55,721 nucleotides of DNA from Nitrospirota bacterium (GTDB taxonomy: Bacteria; Nitrospirota; Nitrospiria; Nitrospirales; UBA8639). A program made the translations under genes and the position numbers. The notes below the pieces were generated by a model. The model ran no database searches, was not told the origin of the DNA, and saw only the letters and a list, made by a program, of their open reading frames with translations. The stretch spans positions 1 through 55,721 of the forward strand of contig RFGT01000122.1 of NCBI GenBank assembly GCA_003696975.1, written 5' to 3'. Positions 53,938 through 55,721 of this stretch are shown piece by piece. The stretch's first letter is position 1, and each line of letters opens with the position of its first letter.

Positions 53938-55721
53938 GATTCACGCGCTCCTATGGGCAGGGCCTCATGGACTACTTCATGAGGTGCCTGAGAAGAAGAT
54001 GCCAGAGAAGTTGGCATGTGGCGAACCGCCACCCCTTCAAGTCCTTCTTCAAACCACCGGCAAATGTGGGGATGGCACGTGAACACCAGAATCTGATGAG
54101 TGGCAGCAACTTCCCCAAACACTTGAATGGTGGCCTTCGCCCGGTTTGGGTCGAAGTTGACGAAGATATCATCTACGATCAGTGGGAGTGCCCCCGCATG
54201 TTTGGCATACTCTCGAATGAAGGCCAACCGCATTGCCAAATACAACTGTTCCGCCGTTCCTCGGCTCAAGCACTCTGTTCCACGGACCCGTCCATCCGCC
54301 ATTTCAAGCTCCAAGCGCATCTCGCCAAGCGGTACGCGAATGTTGACATATCGCCCTCCTGTCATCATCAAAAAAAATCGAGAAGCATCCCGTAAGACCG
54401 CCGGTTGTCGCTCCCGCTCGTAGATCTGGCGCGCCTTTTCCAATAAATGCGAACAAATAGCCCGGACAGCCCATCGGCTGGCCTGTTGTTCCAATTGAGC
54501 AAGTAAGGTTTGATGCTCGAGCATTGCGGCAGAGAGTCGCTCGTTCTGCTCGAGATTCTGGAGCTGTTGAGTTACCCGACCCTTCTCTTGCAATTTTTGA
54601 GTGAGCAGATCTCGCAAGCGGGGAATCCGTTCCTTCGTGACTTCTTCATATTCGCGCTCTAACTCACTCTGAGTCTTGACGGCAAATATATGTTCCATCT
54701 CCTGATAGCGATCGCTTGATCCCGCACGAACCTGCAAGGCAACCTCCAGTTGACGCTGCTGCCGTTCAAGCTCTACTTGGCGATGATACAGTCCGGCCCG
54801 TTGCCGGAACGTTTCGGCATCATGCGCCCCTCCTGCCTGTAACAATGCCCGCCATTGCTCACGGTATCGTGTTTTTTCAGCTTCATAGGTATCAAGTTCT
54901 GCCTGCTTCTCTTTCAGGAGCTCTCTCAGACGATCCAGCTCCTGCTGGACAGCCAAATTCCGATCCAGTGCCTTGCGAATCGCCATCAATCCAGTCGTCC
55001 AATCCTCTTCGCCCACAGGATCCCATCCGCATTGCTGCAGCACGGCATTTAGCCGTCGGACTCCTTCCTGAACTTGGGCCTCGACCCGGCGGAGCTCTTC
55101 AACAGCATCCCGCCATTCTCCCAATTGCACCTGGGCTCGTTCTGCGCCCGTGAGCACCTCCAACGCCCCATCCGGGGTGAGTTCGTCTGGTAGGCCAAGT
55201 TCAATCAAAAACCGTCGCCACGCTTCCAGAGCTTCGGCAAAGGCCTGCTCGGCACGCTGACGAATCTGCCGTGCCATCTCCACCTTTTCCAGAAGTTGGA
55301 CGAGATGTTCCTCTTCATCCTGAATGCGGAGTTCAAGATCGTTTTGTCGCTCCACCAATCGGCGTTCGGCTTCGAGAGCACGAAGCATCCCTTCGGCCGA
55401 CTCCAGAGACCGTAACTCCACCCCCAGACTCTCTTGACTGAGTCGGCTCATTTCCCGTGCGAGGCTGGTTTCCTCCTCACTGACAGCCGTCTGCACCTGC
55501 TTCGCACGGTCACGTTGCTCTTTCAACGATCGCAGAAGCTTTCGGAGATCGAGCAATCGGGCACGCCGCTGTTTCTGGAGATCATAGCGGCGCCAGGTCA
55601 GAAACCCCACCCCAACAATACCCGCAAGAGTGATCATGCTGGCCAGGAGAACATGCAACGACGAAAGGCCCAAGACACCAGCAGGGACAATGACTAACCC
55701 CCCGAGGATGAGCAATACCCA
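53934..55721 (-). CDS. SbcC/YhaN-like coiled-coil ATPase, C-terminal part (N-terminus outside window)
   Basis: The frame is open to the window edge. Two adjacent hydrophobic segments are followed by about 400 aa of Glu/Leu/Gln/Arg-rich coiled coil. An ABC-type signature (LSRGTAEQLYLAMRLAF) and Walker B/D-loop (LPLIVDDIFVNFD) follow. A Walker A motif is expected upstream, outside the window. Confidence 0.65.
   Translation of the reverse strand, partial: WVLLILGGLVIVPAGVLGLSSLHVLLASMITLAGIVGVGFLTWRRYDLQKQRRARLLDLRKLLRSLKEQRDRAKQVQTAVSEEETSLAREMSRLSQESLGVELRSLESAEGMLRALEAERRLVERQNDLELRIQDEEEHLVQLLEKVEMARQIRQRAEQAFAEALEAWRRFLIELGLPDELTPDGALEVLTGAERAQVQLGEWRDAVEELRRVEAQVQEGVRRLNAVLQQCGWDPVGEEDWTTGLMAIRKALDRNLAVQQELDRLRELLKEKQAELDTYEAEKTRYREQWRALLQAGGAHDAETFRQRAGLYHRQVELERQQRQLEVALQVRAGSSDRYQEMEHIFAVKTQSELEREYEEVTKERIPRLRDLLTQKLQEKGRVTQQLQNLEQNERLSAAMLEHQTLLAQLEQQASRWAVRAICSHLLEKARQIYERERQPAVLRDASRFFLMMTGGRYVNIRVPLGEMRLELEMADGRVRGTECLSRGTAEQLYLAMRLAFIREYAKHAGALPLIVDDIFVNFDPNRAKATIQVFGEVAATHQILVFTCHPHICRWFEEGLEGVAVRHMPTSLASSSQAPHEVVHEALPIGARES

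Noticed and set aside
1-55721. CRISPR arrays, IS elements or transposases, toxin-antitoxin pairs and recognisable defence-system genes.
   Set aside because: I saw no regularly spaced direct repeats, no transposase- or Cas-like translations, and no small paired ORFs with toxin or antitoxin features in any frame.

Overview
This window looks like a chromosomal segment from a Gram-negative bacterium, with no obvious mobile DNA. The gene content (CydA-like 'bd-like' oxidases, hopanoid genes, PEP-CTERM sorting signal) is most reminiscent of Nitrospirota/Nitrospinota-type chemolithoautotrophs. That placement is inference only, because no search could be run. I can support about 50 protein genes and 2 tRNAs. 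I found no rRNA, CRISPR array, transposase or prophage signal. Every gene from 4.9 kb to 36.2 kb lies on the minus strand with very short gaps. Blocks in order: (1) 3-3403, an HD-GYP/receiver signalling trio. (2) tRNA-Thr and ubiA. (3) 4920-16392, an 11-gene respiratory super-operon and the most interesting locus. It holds two CydA-like bd-like oxidase genes with no recognisable cydB, a Rieske/cytochrome b module, five c-type cytochrome proteins (six CxxCH), an EB_dh/NxrC-like haem-b protein and an unknown His-tailed membrane protein. (4) Two unknown small proteins. (5) 17689-28059, a hopanoid/MEP block (hpnH, tRNA-Cys, ispG, dxs, shc, hpnG) with a complete MlaFEDC-type lipid transporter embedded in it. 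(6) A type IV pilin, a TPR protein, dnaB, hisZ, serA and a class V aminotransferase. (7) A TPR protein, a long tandem ThyX-like protein, an SNF transporter, an LTD/PEP-CTERM protein and an FAH-family hydrolase. (8) A second MCE-type ABC system with a STAS-fused permease. (9) Housekeeping genes pncA, argB, hslUV, xerC, trmFO, a cysQ-like gene and a truncated SbcC/YhaN-like ATPase. All calls rest on by-eye motif reading of the supplied translations, and many start codons are uncertain.
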